Source: Candidatus Anstonellales archaeon (GTDB taxonomy: Archaea > Micrarchaeota > Micrarchaeia > Anstonellales > J096). From it: 64,000 nt of DNA. Where the stretch lies: assembly GCA_038896535.1 (NCBI GenBank), contig JAWACY010000001.1, positions 192,001 to 256,000 of the forward strand, given 5' to 3'. This document shows, piece by piece, positions 9,684 through 18,620 of the stretch (the first letter of the stretch is position 1; every line of letters starts with the position of its first letter). The notes under the pieces were generated by a model that saw only the letters and a program-made list of their open reading frames with translations, searched no databases and was not told the DNA's origin. The position numbers were made by a program, and so were the translations under genes.

Positions 9684-10424
9684 ATGGAAATATATGAATT
9701 AATGCCAAAAAAGGAGCGCAATCCATTATCAGTTGATTTTATAAAAGAAAACGCAGATTTGATGAAGAAACTTGGCATTGATAAAACCCCTGAAAAACTG
9801 TCAGAAGACCTTAAAGGAATTTTGTCGAGACTCAGCACAGCCCTTGTGGAATTAAATAATATTGATAAGGAAACTGAGTTATTTATTCATGCGATTGCAA
9901 GGCAGAAAGTAATTAATCAAACAAACCTGAATAAGATAAGCAAAAAATACAAGAATTTAGTATATGCATTATCATATCTAATATCTATGAAAAAAGAATC
10001 AGATTTTTATGTGGCAACAAATTTTTCGTCTGATATTATAAGAAAATTGGCTGATAGGGACATAAACAGCTTGGAAGATTTAATTATATTAACATTAGAT
10101 TTGAAAAATGATAAAGCTGTTAGGGAAGCTATCAAAAAAATGGCTGGCCTTGATGAAGTTCCATCTCTTAAAAACTTCTCTCGCCTACTGACCAATAGTG
10201 ACCAAATAACGCAGCACATTTTTGTCAAGTATTTATTACCATCAATAATTTCTTGCGCTGTTAGTAATGAAGAAATAGAAAAAATACTCGATGCACTTAA
10301 AACAATAGCAACTGCTAAAATGAGCCATAAAGAGTTTTATAACTCATTTAACAATATAAGGCTTATGCTTTATATGTTTGGTTATAGTAATATTGCAATT
10401 GATTATTTAAGGTGCTTTGAATGA
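9684..10424 (+). CDS. Hypothetical protein (largely helical)
   Basis: 246-aa ORF; 4-nt overlap with the next ORF; no motif recognised. Confidence 0.7.
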   Translation: MEIYELMPKKERNPLSVDFIKENADLMKKLGIDKTPEKLSEDLKGILSRLSTALVELNNIDKETELFIHAIARQKVINQTNLNKISKKYKNLVYALSYLISMKKESDFYVATNFSSDIIRKLADRDINSLEDLIILTLDLKNDKAVREAIKKMAGLDEVPSLKNFSRLLTNSDQITQHIFVKYLLPSIISCAVSNEEIEKILDALKTIATAKMSHKEFYNSFNNIRLMLYMFGYSNIAIDYLRCFE

Positions 10425-11560
10425 GCTTTTCATTGAGGATCAAGAATTTATTTGGAGCACAAGAACTTTTTGAAGGCGTTGTTAATGAGAATGCATTTTT
10501 GTTCTTAAACTCCAGCAGAAATAGGAAGCAAGATGAACTTATAGATATTGCATTAAAGGGAGATGTGGTTGCAATATTTATGTCAAGTTTACTGATAGAT
10601 TTTTTTAGAGAAACTGAACCAGCATGTAAGAGCGATACATACGATGTTTATTTTTTTGATAAAACAAAAAATGAAAGCATAAACGCATATGGGCAAAATA
10701 AGGCGATATATAAAATAATAAAAAAAGGAAATGTTGCATTAAAAGAAGACTCTTTGATCAAAGACCCAAAAGTTTTTGAGGGCGATTATAAAATATATGT
10801 TGGCAATGATAGCTTTACACAATCATTGATTGGACAAGAAATTGATGAGCATATATCAATAGCAAGAATAATAAAGGCAGAAATAGAAGGAGAAGCCTAT
10901 GCATGGAAGAAGAAACAAGAAAAGTTAGCACAAAATCCATTGATTGCATTGGCACAAGCGATGAATATGTATGGAGAAAAATGCTTTATAATGAAAAATG
11001 GGACAATATACCAAAGCCCAGAAATAGTGTTTAATGAGCAATCCATGCCGGATAAAAAAAGCTTGGATTTAATGTTTTTATATTCATTCATAAAAGAACT
11101 GAAAGATGCCTTCGCTTATTATATGTCATATGAAGGGAGAGCATTGAAATTAATTAAGAATAGCATAGCTTATACGCATTATTTTAATAAAGAAGTCATA
11201 GTGCCACAAACAATGATACATAAAGAATGGAAAGAAGATATTGATTATACAAGAATTGATGACATAGCAATTACAAAGCTTTCAAATTGGCTTTTGTCTA
11301 ATGATAAAAAAGAAATATTTTTAACATATTCTGACAAATCATATTATCTTAATGAGCATTTTAATATGAACTTAAGAGAAATTTCATTAGAAAAAAAACA
11401 AGCAAGCGATGTAAAAGTTAATTTCACAAAGACAAAGGATGAGTATGCATTGCTTTATAAAATAGGCAGTTGGCGTTATGATTTGTTTCCTATTGTTTAT
11501 AAAGAGTTTTATGCAATAGCAGATTTTGAAGAAAAATTCGGTTATATGCTTGAGCCGTGA
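10421..11560 (+). CDS. Hypothetical protein
   Basis: 379-aa ORF; no motif recognised. Confidence 0.7.
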   Translation: MSFSLRIKNLFGAQELFEGVVNENAFLFLNSSRNRKQDELIDIALKGDVVAIFMSSLLIDFFRETEPACKSDTYDVYFFDKTKNESINAYGQNKAIYKIIKKGNVALKEDSLIKDPKVFEGDYKIYVGNDSFTQSLIGQEIDEHISIARIIKAEIEGEAYAWKKKQEKLAQNPLIALAQAMNMYGEKCFIMKNGTIYQSPEIVFNEQSMPDKKSLDLMFLYSFIKELKDAFAYYMSYEGRALKLIKNSIAYTHYFNKEVIVPQTMIHKEWKEDIDYTRIDDIAITKLSNWLLSNDKKEIFLTYSDKSYYLNEHFNMNLREISLEKKQASDVKVNFTKTKDEYALLYKIGSWRYDLFPIVYKEFYAIADFEEKFGYMLEP

Positions 11561-11564
11561 TATC

Positions 11565-12245
11565 ATGAAAAAACTCAAAGCAGAAATTGCTGGAGAACTC
11601 ATAATGGCAGAAAAGCCAGGAGAAGCAATGAGAAAATGGAGGGAAGTATTTGAAATAAGTCAAACAGAGCTTTCAAATTATCTTAATATTTCTCCATCAA
11701 CAATAAGCGATTATGAAAGCGGGAGAAGAAAAAATCCAGGGATAAAAGTAATAAAGAGATTTGTTGATGCACTTTTTGATATAGATATGTCAAGAGGAGG
11801 CAAAATAATAAAGAAATTACAAGAAGGCGAGACAAGCCATGAGGAATACTTTGAAGTCAGAGAGTTTTCAAAAGCAGTCCCATTACAAGATTTTGTCTCT
11901 ATAATACAGGGGAAAGTAATAACAAATGAGCAGTTGATAAAGAATATAAATATACATGGCTTTGTTATACTGCACAGCATAAAAGTTATGCTGGAAATGC
12001 CGCAAGAGATGTTTAAATTACTCAATATACATGCAATGGATAAAGTCTTTGTATTTTTAGATGTTAGCACTGGCAGAAGTCCATTAATAGTTATAAGAAT
12101 TGCTCCAAACAAACCAAAAGCAGTTGTACTTCACAATCTTGATAAAGTTGATGACTTAGCGAAAAAAATATCTGAAAGAGAGAAAATACCAATAATAACT
12201 TCTAAAATGCCAATACAAGAAATGCTGAAAAAATTAATATTTTAA
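11565..12245 (+). CDS. XRE-family HTH transcriptional regulator (archaeal conserved type)
   Basis: IAGELIMAEKPGEAMRKWR..SQTELS..ISPSTISDYESGRRKNPG; VSTGRSP. Confidence 0.88.
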   Translation: MKKLKAEIAGELIMAEKPGEAMRKWREVFEISQTELSNYLNISPSTISDYESGRRKNPGIKVIKRFVDALFDIDMSRGGKIIKKLQEGETSHEEYFEVREFSKAVPLQDFVSIIQGKVITNEQLIKNINIHGFVILHSIKVMLEMPQEMFKLLNIHAMDKVFVFLDVSTGRSPLIVIRIAPNKPKAVVLHNLDKVDDLAKKISEREKIPIITSKMPIQEMLKKLIF

Positions 12246-12393
12246 ATTTCCCTTATTTTTGATTTTTTATTTTGCATTATATGAGGTAATAATTAATGCA
12301 GCAAATAGCCATAATAGCAGATTTTTAAATACCGTCAAGTTTTTAAATATTGCCATCGAAATGCCTAAATAAATAATAAAGAGGTTGAGAACA

Positions 12394-12672
12394 ATGGGAG
12401 AAAGAGTAAGTAAGGAAAGAGTAAATAGAAAAGATGGGTATCTATATTTTGTAGGCAAAGATGGCTATGTTTGGGAAGTGCCTGCAAAGCACAACCCATC
12501 AGGCAGAAAAAGCAGAGTTGGGACAGAGAAGATTGCAAAGGCCCCTGGTTATCTCTATTATGTAGGAACAGATGGGTATGTATATAGAGCAAAGATGAAC
12601 AGAGGGGGCAAGAAAGGGGCAAGAAGAAAGAGAAGAGCAAAGAAGGCAAAAGCAAAGAAGAGAAAGAGATAA
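12394..12672 (+). CDS. Small, highly basic tandem-repeat protein; candidate nucleic-acid-binding protein
   Basis: Two GYLY(F/Y)VG(K/T)DGYV repeats plus a Lys/Arg/Ala tail; GAGGTTGA SD; T-rich tract downstream. Confidence 0.8.
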   Translation: MGERVSKERVNRKDGYLYFVGKDGYVWEVPAKHNPSGRKSRVGTEKIAKAPGYLYYVGTDGYVYRAKMNRGGKKGARRKRRAKKAKAKKRKR

Positions 12673-12743
12673 AAAAACCTTTTGTTTTCTTAAATTTATT
12701 GTTTTTTTATTTCTTTTATTTGTTTTATCTATTTATTGTTCCA

Positions 12744-12769
12744 TTGAGAAGCAGCCTTGAGAAGCAGCC
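12744..12769. repeat. Perfect 13-bp tandem duplication TTGAGAAGCAGCC x2
   Basis: Read directly from the sequence. Confidence 0.9.
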
Positions 12770-12820
12770 ATTTATTTAAAAAGATTTTTGCATAATAACC
12801 TTACTTATAAGAGTGATAAT

Positions 12821-13066
12821 ATGGCAAATGTTGTTATGATTATGAATGTGAATATAAGCGAGCAGGATAAAATAGATAGCATAGCAGAAGAAATAAAGAA
12901 AAAGCTGAATGTTAGTGATATAAAAAAAGAGGATATAGGCTTTGGCATAAAAAGGCTTAAAATAGCTGTAATGCTAGATGATGAAAAAGGGAGTGATGTT
13001 GAGCAAATACTCTATGATATTGATGGCATATCTTCTGTTGAAACAATAAGCGTAACAAGAGTATAA
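12821..13066 (+). CDS. ef1b: Elongation factor 1-beta
   Basis: EDIGFGIKRLKI, DGISSVETISVTR; about 81 aa. Confidence 0.9.
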   Translation: MANVVMIMNVNISEQDKIDSIAEEIKKKLNVSDIKKEDIGFGIKRLKIAVMLDDEKGSDVEQILYDIDGISSVETISVTRV

Positions 13067-13090
13067 AGGTTTTAATCGAAGGTTGGGATT

Positions 13091-15292
13091 ATGGTAAGAA
13101 AAGAAGCAGTTGTAGAAGATGTAGTAAAAATAATGGAGAACCTTGATTTTGTTAGAAATATGGCAATAGTTGCGCATGTAGACCATGGAAAAACAACTTT
13201 AAGTGATAGCCTTGTTGCTAGGTCAGGATTAATAAGCAAAGAACTTGCAGGGCAACAAAGAGTGCTTGATTATGACATACAAGAGCAGAAGAGGGGAATA
13301 ACAATAAAAGCAGCAAATATAAGCTTAGGCTTTACTTATGAAGGCAAGGATTATTTAATAAACTTAATAGATACACCAGGCCATGTTGATTTTGGCGGGC
13401 ATGTTACAAGAGCTATGCGTGCTGTTGATGGTGTTGTTCTTGTTGTAGATGCAGTTGAAGGCATTATGCCTCAAACAGAAACTGTTTTAAGACAGGCATT
13501 AAAAGAAAGAGCGAAGCCAGTGCTTTTCATAAATAAAGTTGATAGGCTTATAAATGAGCTTAAGCTCTCACAGCAGCAGATAATGGAGAAGCTTATTAAG
13601 ATCATTGCTGGAGTTAATAAAATAATAGAAGCAAACGCACCTGAACAATTTAAAAAAGATTGGCAAGTATCTGTTGAAAATGGCAAAGTTGCAATAGGAT
13701 CAGCATTCAATAAATGGGCACTCAGCATTAATAGTATGAAGAAAACAGGCATAAATTTCTCAAAAGTTTATGAGCTGGTATCAAATAATAAAATGAGTGA
13801 ATTGAGCGAACTTTCTCCTGTTGATGAAGTTGTGCTTGAAATGGCAGTTAAAAACTTGCCAAATCCAAAGCAAGCACAGGCATATAGAATTCCTGTTCTA
13901 TGGCACGGAAACATTGAAAGCGATGAAGGAAAGGCAATGCTTTTATGTAATGCAAATGCTCCAACAATAGGTGTTGTTTTTGGAGTAGTCTATGACGAAC
14001 ATGCTGGCGAGGTAGCTGTTGTAAGGCTTTTTTCTGGAACAATAAGGAAAGGAGATAATTTATATGTTGCATCAAAACTTGCTTATAATAGAGTGCAGCA
14101 GGTTGCTATTTATATGGGCCCAGATAGGATACAAGCTGAAAAAATAACCGCTGGCAATATAGGGGCTGTTGTTGGGCTTAAGGACGTTTATGTTGGAGAA
14201 ACAATAAGTTCAATGCCTATAGAGCCATTTGAACAAATAAAGCATTATTCAGAACCAGTAGTTACAAAAAGCATAGAAGCGGCAAATCCGAAAGATTTAG
14301 GAAAATTAATAGAAGTTTTAAGAGGACTTGCAAAAGAAGACCCAACATTAAGGGTAGAGCTAAATCAAGAGACAGGAGAACACTTAATAAGCGGTATGGG
14401 AGAGTTACACTTAGAAATTATTGAATATAAAATAAGAGAAGAAAAAGGCGTTGCAATAAAAACAAGCCCGCCAATTGTTGTTTATAGAGAAACACTTGCC
14501 TCTAAAGAAGGGCCTGTAATAGAAGGAAAAAGTCCAAACAAGCATAACAAGCTTTATATAAAAGTTGAAAAACTTAATGATAATATTGTTAAGGCACTTG
14601 ATAATGCAGAAATCCCTGAAGGAAGAATAAAAGGAAAAGTTCCACAACAGCTTGTTGAAAAGCTTGTCTCTCTTGGCATGGACAGAGATGAAGCAAAAGG
14701 GCTTTGGGATGTTTATAATAAAAACTTTCTTATTGATGCAACAAAAGGAGTGCAATACTTAAATGAAGTGCAAGAACTTATAGTACAAGGTTTTGAAGAA
14801 GCAATGTCCAAAGGGCCTTTATCACAAGAAAAGGTTGCTGGCATAAAAGTTGTGCTTGTTGATGCAACCTTGCATGAAGATAATGTACACAGAGGGCCTG
14901 CACAAATATTACCAGCAGTAAAAAGGCCTATATATGCCTCAATGTTAAAGGCAAATGTACAATTGCTTGAACCAAAACAGAAAATATTAGTACAAGTCCC
15001 ACAAGATTATGCTAGTGCCGTGCTTAATTTGATGAATGGGAAAAGGGCAAAACTATTATCTCTTGAACAGGAAGGAGATATGGCAACAATAAATGTTATT
15101 GTTCCAGTTGCAGAAACATTTGGCTTGAGCAATGAATTAAGAGGCGTTAGTCAAGGAAGAGCAATTTGGTATAGTGAATATTATGGGTATGAGCCATTAC
15201 CAAGAGAATTACAGGATAAAGTTGTTTATTCAATCAGAGATAGAAAAGGCCTGCCAAAAGAACCGCCAAAAGCAGAAGAATTTATGGAATGA
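13091..15292 (+). CDS. fusA: Elongation factor aEF-2
   Basis: AHVDHGKTT, RGITI, DTPGH, NKVD; diphthamide-site motif HEDNVHRGPAQI. Confidence 0.98.
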   Translation: MVRKEAVVEDVVKIMENLDFVRNMAIVAHVDHGKTTLSDSLVARSGLISKELAGQQRVLDYDIQEQKRGITIKAANISLGFTYEGKDYLINLIDTPGHVDFGGHVTRAMRAVDGVVLVVDAVEGIMPQTETVLRQALKERAKPVLFINKVDRLINELKLSQQQIMEKLIKIIAGVNKIIEANAPEQFKKDWQVSVENGKVAIGSAFNKWALSINSMKKTGINFSKVYELVSNNKMSELSELSPVDEVVLEMAVKNLPNPKQAQAYRIPVLWHGNIESDEGKAMLLCNANAPTIGVVFGVVYDEHAGEVAVVRLFSGTIRKGDNLYVASKLAYNRVQQVAIYMGPDRIQAEKITAGNIGAVVGLKDVYVGETISSMPIEPFEQIKHYSEPVVTKSIEAANPKDLGKLIEVLRGLAKEDPTLRVELNQETGEHLISGMGELHLEIIEYKIREEKGVAIKTSPPIVVYRETLASKEGPVIEGKSPNKHNKLYIKVEKLNDNIVKALDNAEIPEGRIKGKVPQQLVEKLVSLGMDRDEAKGLWDVYNKNFLIDATKGVQYLNEVQELIVQGFEEAMSKGPLSQEKVAGIKVVLVDATLHEDNVHRGPAQILPAVKRPIYASMLKANVQLLEPKQKILVQVPQDYASAVLNLMNGKRAKLLSLEQEGDMATINVIVPVAETFGLSNELRGVSQGRAIWYSEYYGYEPLPRELQDKVVYSIRDRKGLPKEPPKAEEFME

Positions 15293-15343
15293 TATTGAAT
15301 AAAGACAAAAAATAAAAATAAATACATACATTTTTTATTTATA

Positions 15344-15428
15344 GCAGGGGTCGCCAAGCCTGGTCAACGGCGCAGGACTTAAGATCCTGTCCCATATGGG
15401 TTCGTGGGTTCAAATCCCACCCCCTGCA
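15344..15428 (+). tRNA. tRNA-Leu(TAA)
   Basis: GCAGGGG/CCCCTGC acceptor, CAGGA-CTTAAGA-TCCTG anticodon arm, long variable arm CCCATATGGG, GTGGG-TTCAAAT-CCCAC. Confidence 0.96.
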
Positions 15429-15512
15429 CATATAAGCGAGTTAGGAGTTAGCCGATATAAGCAAAACCTTCGAGCGAAGCGAGAAGAGGATTTGAAGCCA
15501 AAGGGTTCAAAT

Positions 15513-15664
15513 GTAAAAAGGCAAATTAACTTATACACACGCCTTCTTACAATCATCCCGCCCCCATTATTCCCTGTGGTAAGAAGGCAAATTAACTTAT
15601 ACACACGCCTTCTTACAATCATCCCGGTAAGAAGGCAAATTAACTTATATATGCGCCTTCTTAC
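15513..15664. repeat. Three 38-bp hairpin repeats (GTAAGAAGGC-N18-GCCTTCTTAC) downstream of tRNA-Leu
   Basis: Copies at 15513-15550, 15579-15616 and 15627-15664; 10-bp inverted arms, 18-nt loop. Confidence 0.95.
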
Positions 15665-15868
15665 AATCTTCCAACCTCTATTATAAGCTTTGTTTGGTTT
15701 TGGTAATTGAATTTATATATAATATATGCCTTCTTGTCATTCACTAAATTAATCTAAGTTATGTCTTAATCATGTAATATTAAATCATGTGATATTGATA
15801 AGGGGCTGGAGTGTTATTAAACTAAGTATTGAACTAACTACAATATTACAATATAAACAAATTATAAT

Positions 15869-16597
15869 TTAGGGTTTTCGTTTTGATATTTTATAAAGCC
15901 CAGTTGCTATTACTGGCCCTATTAATAGCAAGAATGTATATAAATTGGCCCTTGATACAAATGATAGTAATATATCATTCTTGACATCATAAAATACCTT
16001 TAATGCTTCTCCAACAAAATCTGGTGGGGCTTTAACTGATATTTCATTTGCTATACTTGAAGTAACATTATCAATTATTCCATTAATAATTAGGGTATAA
16101 ACAAACATCAATAAAATTGCTATGATGCCAAATAAAAGCATGCTTTCATTTCTTGCATAAACAAAAACAAAGAATACATAAGCAAGATATAAGACAATTG
16201 TTATTCCATAAATTATGCCGAGCATTGGCTTTATATTTTCTATTATAGCATCTAAAGGTTTTAGTATTTCATTTGCAGCAAGTTTTGATATAACCTCTAT
16301 TAAATCTGGTATTGTTTTTACGCTCCCATTTAAGACACTATCGCATGCTGGTTTTAGAAATTCTAATTCTTGTGGAAAGCTATTTTGTGCTTGGCACACT
16401 GTTTTTACTTGATCAATGCTAATTTGGGAGGCATTAATTTTTGTGTAGTATATAAAGGAAAGCTCTGAATTTATTTTTTGTGCAAAAACAGCCTTTGTGT
16501 TTTCATACTCGCTTATGAATATAAAAAGGAATATTGAGAAAAACAGCAATAACAAAATTAATATTGATAATGGCACATACATTATTGTTTTTATCAT
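15869..16597 (-). CDS. Hypothetical membrane protein (about 4 TM)
   Basis: Several long hydrophobic segments; Cys pair in the loop after TM1. Confidence 0.75.
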   Translation of the reverse strand: MIKTIMYVPLSILILLLLFFSIFLFIFISEYENTKAVFAQKINSELSFIYYTKINASQISIDQVKTVCQAQNSFPQELEFLKPACDSVLNGSVKTIPDLIEVISKLAANEILKPLDAIIENIKPMLGIIYGITIVLYLAYVFFVFVYARNESMLLFGIIAILLMFVYTLIINGIIDNVTSSIANEISVKAPPDFVGEALKVFYDVKNDILLSFVSRANLYTFLLLIGPVIATGLYKISKRKP

Positions 16598-16646
16598 AAT
16601 TCAATATATTAGTAAGAATTAAAAATTTTTCTTTTGATTAGGTTTT

Positions 16647-17387
16647 ATGGGGAACATACAGAAAAGGGTTTTCGTTCTTTTCATATTGGCTATAGCGTTA
16701 TTCGCATTGTTTTTCTCTATTGGCGTTGGTGGCACAACTAGTAGCAAAACAGATCAGCAGCAAGATAAAACAACTCAACAGCAAGATAAAGCAGTTGAGC
16801 AAAACAAAACAAATGAAAGCAAAGCAATTAAATTGAAGTGTGACCCATCTTCTTATACTACAATGAGCGCCAGAATTAAATGTTTTCTATCTTTATCAGA
16901 TGAGGATGTAAAAAATGTTAATTATACTCCTGAAGAATGCATATTAAAACAATCTGAAACTGATAAAAATAAATGCATAGAGAAATACAGACTTTTCCAA
17001 ACGTGCAGGCCAAAGCCAAGCACAGATAAAGAAAGGGAAAAATGCATATTGCCAAAATTAAATATATCTGGTAGTGTAAGACAAGAAGTGGAAATGTGCA
17101 AAAGCCAGCAGAGGCAGGATTTAATAAATATATGCATGTCAAAAATAAGAGAAAAAGTGCTTGATATGGTTAAATTTAGGGTTTACAACCTTGTTTATAA
17201 AGCACAAGAGCTTAAAGGCCTTGGCGTGCCAGAAGATAAAGTTATATCAATACTTGAAAAGGTAAATAATGCAAAAATAGCTCTTGAAAAAGCCAACTCA
17301 AATGATGAGAGAATAGCAATACTTGAGGGTTTAAAAGCAGATTGGCAGGCCTTTTCAGATGATGCTAAAAATTATGTAAAGAGGTGA
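16647..17387 (+). CDS. Hypothetical secreted or membrane-anchored Cys-rich helical protein
   Basis: N-terminal hydrophobic anchor, QQQDK repeat linker, 8 Cys. Confidence 0.75.
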   Translation: MGNIQKRVFVLFILAIALFALFFSIGVGGTTSSKTDQQQDKTTQQQDKAVEQNKTNESKAIKLKCDPSSYTTMSARIKCFLSLSDEDVKNVNYTPEECILKQSETDKNKCIEKYRLFQTCRPKPSTDKEREKCILPKLNISGSVRQEVEMCKSQQRQDLINICMSKIREKVLDMVKFRVYNLVYKAQELKGLGVPEDKVISILEKVNNAKIALEKANSNDERIAILEGLKADWQAFSDDAKNYVKR

Positions 17388-17391
17388 TTGA

Positions 17392-17661
17392 ATGAAAGCA
17401 GCAATTTTTATTATTTTAATTTCTTTAATGCTCATCTTCGGATGCACACAGCAGCAGGCCAAACAAGAAATTGGAAAAGAAAATAATAAAAGCATTAGCA
17501 ATGTATCAAACCAATCTTTGAATCAAACTATAAATCAAAGCCAGCAAGAAACAGGGCAAAAAGAGCAAGTTAGTGGAGAAAATTTAACAGAAGAAGAGTT
17601 AAACGATTTGTTCAATACTGACATAGATAAGGCTATAGAAGAAATTAATATAACTGGTTAA
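17392..17661 (+). CDS. Small hypothetical lipoprotein
   Basis: IFGC lipobox-like motif; GAGGTGA SD upstream; low-complexity Q/N-rich body. Confidence 0.7.
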   Translation: MKAAIFIILISLMLIFGCTQQQAKQEIGKENNKSISNVSNQSLNQTINQSQQETGQKEQVSGENLTEEELNDLFNTDIDKAIEEINITG

Positions 17662-17707
17662 TATAACTGGTTGATTTATTTTTGTTAATCACATTTAATG
17701 TGATATT

Positions 17708-18613
17708 ATGCATGCAGAAGTAAAAAAAATTTTAGAAGACATCAAGAGCATTAAGATACAGGGGGCTAGGAATATAGCGAAAGCAGTTTTAAATGCAATA
17801 AAAATAGAGGTAGCACATTCAAAATCAGTTAAAGAGTTAATGGCTAATATAGTTGAGATAAGAAATATATTAATGCAAACAAGAAAAACTGAGCCAATGG
17901 CAAGAAATTTAATTGAGGTTTCAACAAGGCATTTATTGAGCTATGCTTCTTTATCTGATAAAGAGGCTATAAAAAAACTTTTAGAGGATTCTGATAAAAT
18001 AATTCAAGAACTTGACAAATATTATAATAAGATGCTTGAATATGGAGCAGAGCACATCCCTGATGGAGCTGTTATTATAACAATATGCCATTCCTCCTCT
18101 GTTGTTGGAGTTTTGAAAAAAGCAAAAGAGATGGGTAAAGAGATAAATGTCATAAATTGTGAAACAAGGCCATTATTCCAAGGCAGAATAACGGCCAGAG
18201 AACTTGTTAATGCAGGAATAAAAGTAACACACATAATAGATAGCGAAGCAGCAGTATTTATAAAAAAATGTGATTCTGCATTGGTTGGGGCTGATGCAAT
18301 AGACGTTGAAGGGAACTTATACAATAAAGTCGGCACAAGGATGCTAGCAGAACTTTGTTATAATTATAATGTTTCATTCCATCCAATTTCAGAGCTGTTA
18401 AAATATGACCCAAAAACATTATTTGGAAAATTAGAGCCAATTGAATATAGAAGCCCAGATGAAATATGGCAGGGCTATCCAGATGGCATTAAAATTTTAA
18501 ATCCAGCATTTGACTATGTTCCAGCAGAGCTTATTAAATCATATATAACAGAAGAGGGCATTTTACACCCGCATGAGATAAAGCATGAATTTGAGAAAAA
18601 ATATAAATTGTAA
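17708..18613 (+). CDS. Ribose-1,5-bisphosphate isomerase (eIF-2B alpha/beta/delta-like family)
   Basis: IKIQGARNIA, TICHSSSV, CETRPLFQG, VGADAI, NKVGT, NPAFD; convergent with AMP phosphorylase. Confidence 0.9.
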   Translation: MHAEVKKILEDIKSIKIQGARNIAKAVLNAIKIEVAHSKSVKELMANIVEIRNILMQTRKTEPMARNLIEVSTRHLLSYASLSDKEAIKKLLEDSDKIIQELDKYYNKMLEYGAEHIPDGAVIITICHSSSVVGVLKKAKEMGKEINVINCETRPLFQGRITARELVNAGIKVTHIIDSEAAVFIKKCDSALVGADAIDVEGNLYNKVGTRMLAELCYNYNVSFHPISELLKYDPKTLFGKLEPIEYRSPDEIWQGYPDGIKILNPAFDYVPAELIKSYITEEGILHPHEIKHEFEKKYKL

Positions 18614-18620
18614 TATTTCT

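Noticed and set aside
15513..15664. CRISPR mini-array interpretation of the hairpin repeats
   Set aside because: The linkers are 28 and 10 nt and share sequence, the same linker recurs at the second locus, variation lies inside the hairpin loop, and there are no cas genes in the window
15396..15686. 96-aa ORF (and the antisense 70-aa ORF at 15410-15622)
   Set aside because: Starts inside tRNA-Leu and only translates the DNA repeats
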